This document shows positions 17,431-36,297 of a DNA stretch of 64,000 bases, piece after piece. The position numbers and the translations under genes were made by a program. The DNA lies in the NCBI RefSeq assembly GCF_009914755.1, contig NC_060927.1. One strand, given 5' to 3'. Position 1 is the first letter of the stretch. The number at the start of each line of letters is the position of its first letter. The DNA is from the human T2T-CHM13v2.0 reference genome, Homo sapiens. The notes under the pieces are model-generated. The model saw only the letters and a list, made by a program, of their open reading frames with translations. It was not told the DNA's origin and made no database searches.

Positions 17431-19346
17431 CTACCACCACAGCAGCAAACCCAGGGTTCTGCCTCTCCTTAGCTGGGTGGGGACGGCAGACCCTGGCAGA
17501 ACTGCTGTGAGTCTGTGCGCCTAAGGACAAAAGTGGGTGAGGCCCCCAGGTAAGGCCTGGCAGGAAGGGGTCATGAGTACTAATGGCATTCTCGTTGCTA
17601 GAACTCAGAAGACTCCTTCAGACTTGAATATCCACCAAGTATTTGAGCACCTTCTATCCAAATATCTTGTACATATTCTAAAAATACCTAAAAGTATTCA
17701 TTTTGGAAGAAAAATTTCATCTTCTCCTCTACATTATTTTTGTAAAGAAACTGTACAAAGCAGTGTTACAAATAGCTGAAATTTAAACTGTACGCCTTAT
17801 TTTATCTGTCCTACATTGGAGAATATACTTCTTTTTTGCCTCAAGCATTTTTATATCGGTTAATTTCCCAAATGAATTGACTGAAGATGTAATTACTGGA
17901 AAGGTGGCAGATGCTACTGAGAAATCTAATTAATTCAGAATGGAAGTGACGAGGGGTAGGTATAAAAGAGATATTTGCAGAGGCAAGTTCCTGAGATGGA
18001 AACCCTGTTAGGAAAAAGAAAAATGGCCCTTTGAAGAAGTGACATTTTTATGATCTCCATAAAGCAGTGACCAAGAAACAACCTCAGAGAATCAAAGAAC
18101 CATAAAATCGTAGAACAGAATAAAAATGGAGAAATTATATGGTCAATCTCCTGCAGTTTATAGATGAGAAAACTGAGTCCCAGAGAGCTCAACTGACTTC
18201 CAAAGGTCACACAGCAAGCTGGTGGGCAGACAGTACAACGGTTAGGACTCAGAGGGTCAGCTCTGCCACATGACTGGCTGGATGATCCCAGGATAACCAT
18301 GTAACCTCTTTATGAGCCTTCATCTGTTAACATGAGGAAAACTATACACACATACACACACGCAAACATATACACATATAAAGTTATGAATGACAATAAA
18401 TGTTTGTTGAAGCACTTAGTCCAAGGCCTGACACATACAATAAATGAGAGCTATAATGATAATATTTATTAATAATAATAAGGCAAAGCCTAAAATCCAG
18501 ACTGCTCCATTTCTCCAAGTGAAGGCTCTCACGATAACATTAACAGCTATCATTCATTAGGTAACTAGGTGCCACACCCAAAGCCATAACCCTGAAAGAC
18601 AGGCAATTATTATTCCCATTCAACAAATAAAGAAACTACTACTCAGAGATTAATGCCACACAGTTGTAAGTAACAAAGCCAGGGATTCCTTAAGGACTTA
18701 GACTCCAAAACTCATGCTCTTCCCCTAGAAACTCTACTGCCTCCATCCTAAAGACTTACAGGACAGGTGGCTGAGGACTGTCTTTGAGCGCTATCCAGTG
18801 TCACCATTCTGGCCTCTCCACAAAGCCCTGTACTAAACAGAACCAGCCACTGAAGCGACCACAGGTTCCTGACACAAGCAACTGCAGTCAGGATTCTGCA
18901 TGTGGCCCCTGGGAAGCCCATCCATCATCTTTATACAACTCTTATTTGATTACTCAATGCTGTTTCTTTCTATGAGCATGGGCACTGATAACTGGAAAAA
19001 TTAATGCCCAGGTTCAGACCCAGCCCAGGGTATTTGATGCATGGTCATAATATGGGACATGGGATGGCAGAGGCAGTTTCTTGACTTAACCACACAGCTC
19101 ACATTTTAACATGCAGAGTTTCCTAGGAGTAAGTAAGAAAAGAGCTATCTTCCTTGAGTCCTCCTATGTGCAAGCCCTATGCTAGGTACCGCTTTATACA
19201 CACAATATCCTCAACCAATTCTGTGAGAAATCAATACCTGCAGTGCACAGGTCAGGAAACTGGGATGCAGAGAGGTTACACCACCTGCCCAAAGCCACAC
19301 AGTGCTGGGAGAGTCAAGGGAAAAGAGGCCACATACATGTACTCAC

Positions 19347-19498
19347 TTTCAACTGTTTGGTTCCTTTGGCTGTTTTGAGTCCTATGATCACATGGCTAAT
19401 GGTTTTGCCATATCCTCCCATGGGATTCTCTGTCTCACACGGAGTTAGCTCTGTGACTTCACCTTCATAAACTTCCTTGGTCTCCTTTATTCGCAGCC
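19347..19498 (-). CDS. RUVBL1: RUVBL1 exon 4 ([19 protein letters not shown]...KGTKQLK)
   Basis: 152 nt within ORF 19314..19610; AG acceptor and GTGAGT donor. Confidence 0.97.
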
Positions 19499-19685
19499 CT
19501 GGAAGAGGTGGCAGAGGGGCCATGGTGAGAAGCAGAATCTTTTCTCTCACACTGAGAGCCCAAAACTTCCATGTCACCAGAACTGCCAAATCAACCTTAA
19601 TAATGTACATTCCAGGGTGTCATGATGGGTAAAAAGGCAATACAAACATATCAATGTAAATTAGAGGCACTATTAGAAATGCAAC

Positions 19686-19992
<307 letters not shown>

Positions 19993-20410
19993 TAGAAATG
20001 CAACTTTTTAAGGGAACTTTCTAGGTTCAAATCCAGAACTAGATAGACAAGTTATAATTCTTAAAATTGTCTGCTTCATTTCCAAGGGGGTGAAATTTAC
20101 CTTTAGCCTTTAATCCAGTCTCTGAACCCACACTATTCTATTCCACCAGAACAGTGGCTATCAAAACTCCTGTAGCCTTGTTTCCTGAATTTCTGACTCT
20201 CAAAGGAAATCTTAAAACCAGTGGAATAACTCATTACACACCCTCTGACACTATGAAACCTGAGCAGAACATACTAAAATAATTAGGTATCTATGTCAAC
20301 AGTGGGTGACACTCAAAACTGCCAGGTGTTATGGGCCTCTGGCTCTCACTGCATACTCCAAGAAGAAATACCCAGTTGTCATGCATTATTTGCAATGTGT
20401 TGCTCTACAA

Positions 20411-20855
<445 letters not shown>

Positions 20856-21724
20856 TAGCTCTTTAATAAACGTTTGTTCATTATCCAAGAATCATTGTTA
20901 AATTAACTTTTAGAACGTGATCTCTATGTTCATTACATGCTTTTGCATATAACGGTTCTGCTTCCTGAACCACTCTTTTTAGCTTAGGCAACTCCTCCTA
21001 GCAGACTCAGTTTAAAACGTATCCCCCCCCCCTTCACACATTCTTCTTCCTCATCCTCCAAATTGTCCCCATGGTGACCTGTGTTTCCACTGGCACAGCA
21101 GCAGCCCACGGCAATGCCATAACTTGCAGACCTTGCCTACCCCTCTGCAGATTGCCCACACCTGAGCTGAGGGCACAGCACATAGGCAGGTAGAGTGAAT
21201 GGATGAATGAATGAAGTCACTAAGAGTGAAGGGGTTGTCATTAGGCACATCATCTACTAATAATACCCAAGAAACGAACCTGCAGATACATTTACATGTT
21301 CTATATGGTAATGGCCTGAGAACTCTAAGGAGTCAGCCATGTAATGTTATAGCCTGTATCACCGAAACACCCTCAACCTCAGCACTAAAAGCCAGGCATA
21401 ACTGAACTGTACTGTTAGAAATCAAGACTACCATTAACTTGGGGAAGGAAGGATGGCAACTGGGAGTGGACATCAAGGGTACCTTGGAGTTCTGGCAACA
21501 TTCCCTTTTTTGATTAGCTGCTGGTTTCACGGGTTTTTACTTTACAATAATCCACCAAGCTATGCATTTATGTTCTGCACACTTTTCTGTACATATGCAT
21601 AAAATTACCAAGTCTACTTTAAAAAAAAATTTTAAGTAAATAATACCAGTGGGACCCGGTGAAGTAAGACCACTGATGGCCTAAGTTTACGAAATACTGC
21701 TCTAAATCTCCGCTGGAGCCTATG

Positions 21725-21900
21725 GTCATGGTTCTCAACCTTTAGGTCCACCTGAGGGGCCCCTATAATGAATCACGCCCTGGCTGTACCCAGACTACTT
21801 GCTTCCAAATCCTAGGGGATGGGCCCCTGCCATCACTATTAGTTTAATATTCCCCCCATGATTCCAAAGTGCAGACACAGTTGAGATCCAGTTATCTAAA
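21725..21900. mobile_element. MER5-like hAT relic
   Basis: catggttctcaacc ... cccccatgattccaaagtgcag...gttgagatccag. Confidence 0.5.
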
Positions 21901-23115
21901 GAATAAATGAAAAACTATTCAACTCACAAATGTGGAGACATAAACTAGTTCTGATGGCAGGGTGGCTTGATAAGGATTTGGTGTTCTCACCATTAAGCTA
22001 CCTCCGTTCTGATATGGAAATATTCCAATGGCACTAAGAAACACTACCTATAGTGTCAGGTACGCTCTGTAACTTCTCACTTTTAAATGTGGTCATTATC
22101 TTATCATTGGGCTGTTTGCCTTCTCTACCCCAGAAACCCAGTCAGGACAAAGACTCTCAGATATTAAAGTTAAGGAAAAGTTTTACTCTACCTTCATTCT
22201 ATCTGATAGCCTATAAATGGAAGTTTTGGAATAGCCCCAAAAGAGAGGACCCATTTCATTTGTGCTTTACCAAATTCTTAGTTCCTGAACATTAATCTTA
22301 GACAAAAATTCTCCAAACAACACGAATATATCAGAACACTGTGGTAAACTGGGAAAATCCTGTACTTTTAAAGTGAACTTTGATTTTTTAAAATCAAACC
22401 TTTTATATCCCACAGCGATAAATTCCTTCAAATGGAATGCTTACTTATATTTACTGCTAGATGAATGTGGCATGAAATTCCTCAAGGAGGGGAAGAAAGA
22501 CATTCCCGTCTCTCACTAGCCCCCACATTTGTTTAGAAGTTGCTCTGTGCTGACAAGCTGGCAGGGGACGTGGGTGACGGACAATGAAACCGGCTGTTAG
22601 CCAGGAAAGGGGCTGAGCTGGCGCTATCTCTGGCAACGACAACACAAATGACACAGGTTTCATCTGCTGGCTCAGGTTTCTATATCCCTGACAGGGACCT
22701 TCATCACATCAAGGAAATAGCACAGACTCCCTGCTTTTTATTTCTGGTCGGCTTATTGCTTCCTCCCCACCCCCTCTCCCAACTTCACAGAATTCAAAGG
22801 CAGAGGAAGATGGGCAGGGTTCCTTTTTGAAGATAGTCAATGGCCTGCCTTTTTATTCTCTGGTAGGATCAAGAAATTTTCTTTTCACCTCGCTGCCATC
22901 AAAAGAATGGTACTACTGTCCCCTCCCCTCAAAAATGGCAAATTACAAAACAGATGCCAAGGAACTTATCTCTATTTTTCTGAATTTTAAAGCATTCAAG
23001 TTACCTTTAAGCAATGCAAACACATACATCCATGTGAAAGCCAGTTTTCACAGATTTTATCAATATCAGAAAAACATTTTTTAAGTAAATAGAACATTTA
23101 AAAAAAATACTCAGG

Positions 23116-23277
23116 GACCAGACACGGTGGTTCACGCCTGTAATCCCAGGACTTTGGCAGGCCAAGGTAGGTAGATCATTTCAGCCCAGGAAACAGATTG
23201 CAGTGAGCCAAGATCATGCCACGTACTCCAGCATGGGCGACAGTGTGACACCTTGTCTCAATTAAAAAAAAAAAAAG
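23116..23277 (+). mobile_element. Single-arm recombinant Alu
   Basis: Left-arm start fused to right-arm end; flanks aaaatactcag / aaagtactcag. Confidence 0.75.
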
Positions 23278-23827
23278 TACTCAGACATTTGAACTAGTTG
23301 TAACATCTTACTGTTCATCTCATCTTTATTATGAGTTAAATAAAACCATGGGCACATGTTTAAAAAAAAAATACTCAGAAGATTTTAAACCTTAAAGGAG
23401 TCCTGCGAGTCATTTCCACTGCTATTCCAAATACAACGTAAAAATCCACAAAGTACACTGCATGTAATCACATGGGCTGAACCTTACAGATATAGACGCT
23501 GAGCTAAAGAAGCAAGACACAAGGAACACATAAAGTATGATTTAGATAAACTTTAAAAAGGGCAAAATTAAGCCCCATGGTTTAAAGATACACACATGGG
23601 GTGTACAAGGTTATGATGATCACATAAACCATTCCCACACAATTATGGCACATTGTGGGTCCCACCTAGGAGAGGAAGGGGTTGTGACCAGGGAGGGACA
23701 CATGTCTGAGGTGCTGGCCGTGCTCTGTTCCTTCGGTGGTGACGGTATAAGCCTTTACTTCATAATTAATTAATGTTTTACATCCTTCTCTATAAGTTTG
23801 TAATACCTCTGTTTAAAACTGGCACTG

Positions 23828-25045
<1,218 letters not shown>

Positions 25046-25509
25046 AATTAAAATAAGCACCAAAAAATCCAATATTTCATGGTAAAAATAATATATTTCC
25101 AGTCAGAAATACTTTGCAGTTTTAAAAATATTCAAATCGTGGCACTGAGGAAGTGTTAAAATTATAAAATAAAAATAAATATATTCCAAGTAACACAAAA
25201 TTTAGCCTCTGGACACAGTTCATAATCTCTCTGGTTTAGAAAAACAGTCACAAACTTCAATGCTTATGGGGACCTGGTCAGAAGTACCCGCTCAGCTCCG
25301 CCTGCTGTGGGAAGGAAAGCTGCTTCAAGGAGGCAGAAATGAGCACTTTATGACACTTCCCTATTGCTAAATATTGACAACTAGCTCCAAATTTATAAAA
25401 AATACTTCATAAACCAAACAACATATGTCTATAGCCCAGACATATTTTTTAGCTAAAGACTTCTGTTTTCATATTTTTTAGCTAAAGACTTCTGGGATTA
25501 CAGGCATGA

Positions 25510-25812
<303 letters not shown>

Positions 25813-27446
25813 CTAACTGCTTCAAAGTCTACCCACTTCTCTCACTCACTCAGAAGAACTTTCCTGAGCACCCACTATGTGCCAGGAACTGTGTCTACAA
25901 AGATAAGCACTGACCACTGTATCCCCAGGAGACGCTGAGTAAACACCCAACCTGCTCCCTCCCATTCTTCCCCATCTCCAAAAATGGCCAAACCTGGGAA
26001 TTTTCCTCGACTCCTCTCTTTCTTTCAGCCCCACATCTAACCCTTTAGGAAATCCTGTCAGCGCTACCATGCAAACACACCCAGAATCCAACCACTTTGC
26101 ACTTCCACTGCCACCACCCTGGTCCAAGCCACTATTTTGTCCTGCTCAGACTCCTCTCTGCCCTCACCCTCCTTACTATCCACTCCCAACCCAGCCGGAG
26201 GGGTCTGGTAAAAGCAAAACCAGAGCCCAGGGATACCAGCACTTTCTAACTGCTTCTCCTTTTGTTCAATGTAAAATCAAAAGCTTTAACCATGGCCCTA
26301 CCTGATCTTACTCCGAAACTGAACTTTTTCATCAGTCTTTTAAGTTTCATCATTTCCTTGAAGTTTTCTGGTAAATTTCCTTCTTAAGAATACTTACTTT
26401 GGTTTGACAATGAAAGAGCCTGGAAACTGGTACAGGCACTCTGACTAGTGTTCATAACCCACGACTCAGCAGGCAAATCCTAGAAACATACTCGCACATG
26501 TGCACAAAGACACATAAAAGGATATTCCTAGTAGCCTTGTTTTTAAGAGTAAAAGCTGAGAATAAATCTAAATGTTCAAAAAACAGAAATGGCTTAATAA
26601 CTGGACTTTTATGTAACAGTTAAAAGAAATAAGCTATTTCTATAAGCAGATCTGAGGGAAACTAGGACTTGCCCAGTGCTGTGCCAGCAGAAATGGGGCC
26701 AAAAAACTGCCCCAGAAGTCCTAGCTAGCAAAAAGCAAAAATTCGAAAGAGAAGCCATTTTCTTCTCACAGCCAATCTTCACAGCAACGGCTCTAGAAAT
26801 GAGAAAGATGTCGGATCAAACTACTTCTGCCACTTACTAACTGGGTCCCTAGCAAGTTATTTAACCTTCTGAGACTGCTTCTTCAAATGCGAAATGTAGA
26901 TTGATAATCTCCCCTCAGAGGAGGGAAGGCCTGGCTCATCACAGGCACTCACTATGATAGCCTGAGGCCCTAAGGGTTAGGCGCCATAAGCCTCTAAGCT
27001 CTGCCAGTCCCCACTCCTCAGTCTCCTCACTCTATGACAGGCCACAACTCTTCTGGCTCGCCATCCAGGACCAGGGGCATTCTGGCCACATGGCACACAA
27101 AGATTCTGGCTTGAGTCCAAAACCTTTTCAGTGGATAGTCATCTCTAATGGCAAAATAAGACTTCCAGGAAAATATGACTCATTAAAAAAACACTTTTAG
27201 ACACATCTATTTATTGCATGAAGAAGCGCAGGCTCACAGCTAGGGTCCATAGTTGCTCCAATTGCTAACGCACTTCAATGAGAAAAACTGGGGTTTTGTT
27301 TTATTTGAAAAATAATGCACTACTAAGTGCCAAAAGAAAAACAGCAGTGCCACGAATACCAGTCATAAAGGCATCTTCACCACAAAGAGGCTTCGGTGCA
27401 CAGGCTTCAGGAAGTGAGACCAACTCCTCCCACAAATGTGACACTA

Positions 27447-27584
<138 letters not shown>

Positions 27585-28011
27585 CTACAAAAGAAAGCAA
27601 CGGAAACACAGTTCACAGTCCTGAAAACATGACAGTTCAGAAACACATGCTACAGAACCACCAGGAACTAGGAACAGCTGAACATCTAGTCCTACCATTT
27701 AGCATGTTTCACACAATAAATGTTTGATGACTTTTGTGGACAGTCAATTTAAATCATAAATGGCATCTCTTATCTTCCCTATAATTACAAGTTATCATTC
27801 ACTCAGACTTACCCAGTGCAGGCCCAACTCCAAATGCCTCACATGATCCTCACAACCAGCCTATGAAATAGACACTAGTATTCTCCCCATTTTACACATG
27901 AGAAACTGAGAGACATTAAGTAATGCAACGTAAGTACCATAATCTAGAAAATGGCAGCGCAGATTTAATCTCTGGCAGCAGGACTCCAAAGATCATGTTA
28001 TCATAATTAGA

Positions 28012-28313
28012 AGAGTCTACTCTTCAGTATCCACAGGGATACCAAAATCCATGGATGTTCAAGTCCTGGTATAAAATGGCAGGGTATTTGCATATAACCT
28101 ATGCACATCCTCCTGTTACTTTAAATCATCTCTAGATTACATACAATACCTAATATAAATGCTATGTAAATAGTTATTATATTGTATTTTTAAGTATGTA
28201 TTATTTTTGTTATTGTATTTTTATTTTTTATTGTTTTTTTCCTGAGTATTTTTGATTTGTGGTTGGCAGAATCCACATACGTGGAACCCACAGATAGGAA
28301 GGGCCAACTTTAC
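28012..28313. mobile_element. MER2 (TcMar-Tigger) relic
   Basis: ggataccaaaatccatggatgttcaagtcc...gtatttgcatataacctatgcacatcctcc...gtggaacccacagatagga. Confidence 0.8.
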
Positions 28314-30406
28314 AGTCATCCAAAATTGTTCTCTCAATATCAATATATGGCTCTGACCTAATTGCTCCGAATACACCACTGGATCTTTGAGATACCTGCT
28401 TTCTCTTTTTACAAATACAGGAAAACACCAATCTACAACCCATCAGAAATAATGAAGGAATGAATGAATGGATTGTTCATTTTATGTTATGTAGCCCACA
28501 AAGAGTGAAGAAGGATACCTCAAGTAGGATTTTGAAGCTATGAGTTGGTCTTAACAAGTTACACTTAAACACGCCCTGTGGTAAACTACAAATTGATTTT
28601 TGACAAGATAATTACAGCTGGCAAATGCTAAACAGAACCAGACTTCACAGGTGTACGGTCAAATGTCAAGTATGGCAAGCAAATGCTTTAAAGTTGGTAC
28701 AGAACTGGGCAATGCCATGGCCTCTAAATGCCATTTTCATCTTTCCTCAACTCTGAAACAGGAGCACGAGTAAGGCCAGCTCCCCAGGTATATGGGCTAA
28801 GACTGAAAACAAGCTTGTTACTGAAGAACAAAGTGAAACTGAGACGGTGTCTTAAAATTAACAGTCAAGGTTCCTCTCAGATTTTCTTTTCTATGCCCTT
28901 TTGGTGATAGTTTTGAGGTAGTAAAATCTGGTAGAGAATCAGTGTATAGCACAGTATAAAATGCACTAGCCAGGAACAGAAAGATTAGTGCTGGTTCTGC
29001 CACTAATTTTCAGTGTGACCTTGGGCACTCAGCAAATCTCAGGTGCCCGATTTCCTCATCTGTCAAATGAAAGTACTAAAGTGCCATGCTAGATCACAAG
29101 TGGCAAACTCGTTGCTCACAGCCTGGTTCTGTTTGGCCTGCAGTCTCATGGTGACCTTCAGCAAGGCCGAGCACCTGGGGCTCAAGGCAGACACGCCACA
29201 GTGCACCCAGCCACTTCCCTCATCCCCGTTGCCTGCCTCATTAGGCATCTGCACTTGTGAGCTCAAGGCTGACACCTTGAAAACTGGTATTCTTCTAAGA
29301 GCAAAGGAAAAAAATCTCTGGAACATGAAAGGGCACAATGAGAGGAGCAGCACTCTAACAGCAGACTCCCCGTGGGGCCACAGGCTGGACAGGACCACCC
29401 CTTCCCAGTTACTCCTTTCTCTTCCTTGTATCTCTGCCAGCCCCAATTCCCTACCCTCAGTTTTGAACTTCAAAGACAGTGACCACATCCAATTCAATGG
29501 CACTCTCCCTCCCTTTAACTAATACAGAAGAGATGAACATACTTCCATTAAAATATGATAAATACTTGGTTAAAAAAAAAAAGCTTCATGTGTGTCTCGT
29601 TTCCTCCATTTAAAGACTTCCAGAGGGAAAGTATATGATATGGCTACTATTCCTACACCTACTACAGAGTGCTGCATAGACCTCATCGAATCTCCCCAAC
29701 TAGCCTATGACCTTGATCATCTAGTTTGTATTTTATAGATTAAGAAACAAACTCAAAAGTTACCAACACACCCAAGGTAAAACCGCAAGCAGCAGCACCA
29801 GGATGCAAACCCCAATCTCCAAAGCCATTTTTTTTTGTACTCACCCCATGTGAGTGACAAGTGGCACAAAAAAGAGGTTGTTGCCAAAAGAAGGTTGAAG
29901 AAATCTCTATTTTTCAATCTCATCTGAATATCTCCTTCTTCTAAAACCCAAACCCATTATTAACAGTGTGAGGTCCTCAAGAGTGGAAATGCATATGAAC
30001 CATGCATTTGCATCTCTAAAATAAGCAGTATTTCTGCCTGTCACCCAGGTAAGTTGCCTAAACTTTGGGACCCTGCAGCAAACCATTAAGCAGAAGTCAC
30101 CAAATTCCTTCATACACATTGGAAGGGAGTGGACAAACTTATAAGGTAATACCACAGTGCTGAGCACTTCTCATATTTCCTGGGAGGAAAGCAATACAAT
30201 ATCACCAAAAAAAATGAAAGACATATGCTTCTAGCAATATGGCACACTGGGTCCACTGAAAACCTCTCCTCTTACAAAACACCTAGAATTGAATAAATAA
30301 TAACATTCAGAGCAGTAAACTATTTGCCTTGAAAGTTCAGAGACTGTAGATACAGGAAAGCTCAGCAAGGTATAGCACTTAAGATAGAAACCCCTGAATA
30401 AAACCG

Positions 30407-31110
<704 letters not shown>

Positions 31111-31870
31111 CATTATAACTTGTAACAATTTATGCAGTGTGTAATCTTTGATTGCATTTTGATATTCTGGTGTTTTTTAAAAAGCCAAAAACTGAAACAA
31201 CTTGGAAAGATGTTTTCTGATTTCTATCACCTATATTTTCTTTTCATTAAAACAATTTAACTTCGTTGTCTTTGAAAGCACATTTGTTAACTGCTCATGG
31301 AATCATATGATGAGCTGCCAGGCTCCCTCATCTTTGTGATTTCTCTACCACAGTGGATATGGTTACCTACTCCTTTCTTTAAAGGTTCTCCTTTCTTGGT
31401 TCCTGAGACACCATTCTCTCCCTGGCTCTGCTGCTCATTTTTTAAAAATTAATTAATTTAATTTTTAATTGACAAAAATTGGGGGAATATAATAGCATTA
31501 GCAAGGTGGGTCTGATGATGGCACCGTGGTCATGTAGGAAGACATCCTTACAACTTACTGTCAAGTGGTTCAGAAATAAACTAGAGAAAAAGCAAATGTC
31601 ACAAAATATTTATAACTGGCTATCTAGGTATAGGGTATAGAGGGGCTCATCACACTATTCTTTCAAGTTTTTTGTAGGTTCCAAACTTTTCAAAATGAAA
31701 AGGAAAAAAATATTCAATAGATTGGATTAATCAGTCACTTAATCATAGCTTAAGAGACAATTAGACTGGAACAAAGATCTAAAAGAAATTACCCATAATT
31801 TAGCAGAGTCAAAAAGATAACAAATATGAGAGGCTAAAAGACAAAGAGGACAAAACGAGAAGCTCTAGCC

Positions 31871-32084
31871 CAGGGTTTCTCAGCTTGACTCCATGACGTT
31901 TGTGGCCAGATAATTCCTTATTATGGAAACTGCTCTGTGCACTACAGGATGTTTAGTAGCATCCCTGGCCTCCACCCACTAGATGCCAGTAGCACCCCCA
32001 ACCAAGTCGTGAGAACCAAAAATGTCTCCAGACGTTGTCAAAGTCCCCTGCAAGGGCAAAACTGCCCCAGGTTGAAAACCACTG
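31871..32084 (+). mobile_element. MER20 DNA transposon within degenerate L1 ORF1-like sequence
   Basis: Terminal inverted repeats cagggtttctca...ttgaaaaccactg; MER20 core. Confidence 0.85.
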
Positions 32085-33828
32085 CAATCTTAACCTCATC
32101 TCAGTGGAGTTCCAGAAGGAAAGAACAAAGAGAATGGGGAAAGGCAATAGCTGAAGAGATTAACGCTGACAGTTTTTTTGTTTTTTTTTTTTTTGAGACG
32201 TAGTCTTGCTCTGTCACCCAGGCTAGAGTGCAATGGCATGATCTTGGCTCACTGATACCTCTGCCTCCCAGGTTCAAGCGATTCTCCTAAGGCTGACAAT
32301 TTTCCAGAATTGAGCAGAGACATAATACTCAGATTCAAGAAGCACAATTAGCATTAAGCATGATAAACAAAAATTAATCCACTCTGACATATAATAGTGA
32401 AACACCAAACCCAAAAATATCTCAAAAACATGCAGAAAGAAGACTCAAAACCCTCAAAATTAGACTTCTCAAAAACAACAGAAGCCAAAGGAGCAAATAA
32501 CATTGAGAGAGAAGTACTGTGAAACAGTACTGAAGAAAATATCTGTCAACTGAATTATATAGCCAACATAGCTCTTTTTCAAAACAAGGGCAACATAATG
32601 AATGCAAACGTGAGAGACTTTCCCACCAACAAACTTCTAGAAGAAATTTCTAAATTATTTACTTTAGGAAGAAGAAAAATGGAGGGAAAGAGAAGGTCTA
32701 AGATATAAGGAATAGCAAGCAAATAAATGGTAAATGCACTGGACAAGCTAATGTTGCCTGGAGAGAGGTAACTGAAGCTCACATCTGTATGGCACTTTAC
32801 AGTTTAAAAAACTGTTCACAATTTGCTTTTATATAGGAAGAGAAAAAACTGTTCACAAATATAGCACTTCTTCCTCTTGTAAGATACCAATATAAGATAC
32901 ACAATCAGTAATCATTTCAAAATTATAATGCAAGTCATTATCTTACAATCGATCAGTTTAATAATTGCTTGAAATAGGTAGAGTATGCTTTTGCTTAGAA
33001 AAGTTAAGGGACCTGCCTCAGGTCTCATAGCAAGTCAATACTAGAGCTGGAATTTAAAGCCCATTTCTTTTCACACACAACCCCAAGCTCCTACTTGCCC
33101 ACATCAAGCGGCCCTTTTGAAGAATAAGCAAGCTCAAATTGGGAACTCTGGTGAGTTTCAAGTATCTGGCCAGTCCCCTCACGAATCCCAAGAAGCCACA
33201 CGGTGTCCTCTGCCTGAAAGGCCCTTATCTTCCCTGCAAAGCCAAATCCTCTCCCAGCTCTGAAGGGAAAATGTCAAGTCTCAACCCTTCCAGCTGTACC
33301 AGCCCACAGTGCTGCCTCCTTAAATTCCAGCTGCATTTAATATTAGTCAATACCTCAAAGCTGAGCACTCATACTGAGTCCTCCTGTGCTGTCATGATTT
33401 CCTTTCTTTCTGCCCTGGAGAGACTGTAAGCCCCTTGAAGATAAAAATCATGTCTCTAATTCTTGTTTTCCTTTTTTTCATCTCCCACACAGCCACAATA
33501 GCGATGCGTAAAGCTAGCATTTGGAAGAATGCTTGACTCATTTTTTTGTCCCCTCAAGTAAGATGTCACTCAGAAGATCTTTATGAAGCCCTAGGCCAAC
33601 AGAAATGTATTTCCACAGCAAAGGAGACTTGAAAGAGAAAAAGGACAAATTCTAGAGACAATGAGACCCCTTCAAGGACTTCATTCTTTCTTCTCTGGAG
33701 GTAGGCCAGGATAATTTGAATTTTAGAAGCAGGGATTTTAGATACCCAATTGTATTATTGCATATTAATTTTAAAAACATACATATAACCCATTTAGCTA
33801 AACAAAGACTAGTTAAGACATGAATTCA

Positions 33829-33978
<150 letters not shown>

Positions 33979-35319
33979 CTACACACCACAATGGAAAGAA
34001 ATAATAAATCAATATTAAAATGTTTCACAAGGGGAAAAATCTCAGTCCCTGGCCTACACAAGTCACACACTCATCCAACTAACACTGAGTGCCAGTGCAC
34101 TGCAGTCACTGTTCTAGGTGCCGAGGGTAACGAAGGCAAGGCAGAAAAGCCTTGTACTTGTGGAGCTCATGTTTTAGGGAGGGATACAAACATACAAACA
34201 TTGCACACATAATCTTCATCACTACTATGAAGAAAAAGGGATGATGAGAGAGAACGAGTGGCTAGAAAGTGATCCTGGAGTGTCTTTCTGATGACATTTA
34301 ATTTGATATGTGAACCTCTGGGAGGAGCAGGAGTCAGCGTTCCAGGCAAAGAAAACAGCGAATTCAGAAAATCCAAAGCAGAAACAAGCTTGGCATATCC
34401 AAGGGACAGAAAGGTTGCAGTGACCAAAGTATAGCGAAAAAGACCAGGAAGATGAGGTTGAAGAGGTAGACAGCGGCCAGAACGCAGAACAGGAACTTAC
34501 AGTGTGTGGTAAAGTTTGGATTTTATTCTACATAAATAATACAAAGCCACTGAAAAGGTCTTGAAGACTATGTGTCATGCTATGATTTGTTTTTAAAAGA
34601 TGGTGCTAGCTACTACTGTGTGAAGAATGCACAGTATGAGTACAAGTGGGAACACTGATTTTTGGCCCAGGGTACAGGGATAGACGCCAGGGGCCCAAAT
34701 ACCTCTTGAAGTTGGGAACGAAACTGTGTTTATGTTCATATATACATTTTTTCCAGAGAAAGGATCCATAGCTTTCATCAAATTCCCAGAGTAACCTATT
34801 AAGGGGTAAGAATCAATGACATAGAGTACTAGCTGGCCATCAGTGAACACTGTAAATACTGAATGTGAAGTTAAACCTATGGCACTATTAGATCCATTGA
34901 ATATGTTTTGAATCCTCAAGGTTAAATTACTTTATCATCTGTTAGTATATTTTAAATACATTATAAATCTCTGAATTTTATTAACCATTTGCAGTACACA
35001 TGTGTGTATATATACACACACATATTCCATAAATGGGCTATGGAACTTCATATATTTTAGAATATTTGACTATAAGGGGGGAACACTGAGAAAGTTACAC
35101 TAGCTGAGCATCTATATCTCAGGATTACATAATATAAGGTTTGCTACACTGATTTAATAACTGAATACGTGACTATCTAAAAGGTGCTCTTCTCTCTGGG
35201 CAGTGACCACACTGTGCCAGAGTCTTGTGAATACATCTTATCTCTTCTACCTCTATTCCTCATGGACTGTGAAGTACCTTGGTCCCACACTTATGGCAGC
35301 CCCTCAAAAAATATGTAAG

Positions 35320-35558
35320 GACTACAGGCGCCTGCCACCATGCCTAGCTAATTTCTTGTATTTTTAGTAGAGAAGGGGTTTCACCATGTTAGCCGGGATG
35401 GTCTCAATCTCCCGACCATGTAATCCACCTGCTACTCGGGAGGCTGAGGCAGAAGAATGGCGTGAACCCAGGAGGCGGAGCTTGCAGTGAACCGAGATGG
35501 CGCCACTGCACTCCAGCCTGGGCGACAGAGCGAGACTCCCTCTCAAAAAAAAAAAAAA
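35320..35558. mobile_element. AluY with an inverted 5' half
   Basis: Antisense segment 35320-35431 joined to a sense right arm and poly(A); TSD-like aaaaatatgtaag / aaaaatgatgtaag. Confidence 0.85.
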
Positions 35559-35636
35559 TGATGTAAGCAATGTGTGTGGGTATGCTATATCCATCCCATT
35601 TCCACTTCAGTTACCAAAGCACACTGCCCTTAATAG

Positions 35637-36297
<661 letters not shown>

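Noticed and set aside
29043-29522. Overlapping antiparallel ORFs of 159 and 146 aa
   Set aside because: They start in or run into MIR-like sequence, show no homology I recognise, and are likely stop-poor by chance
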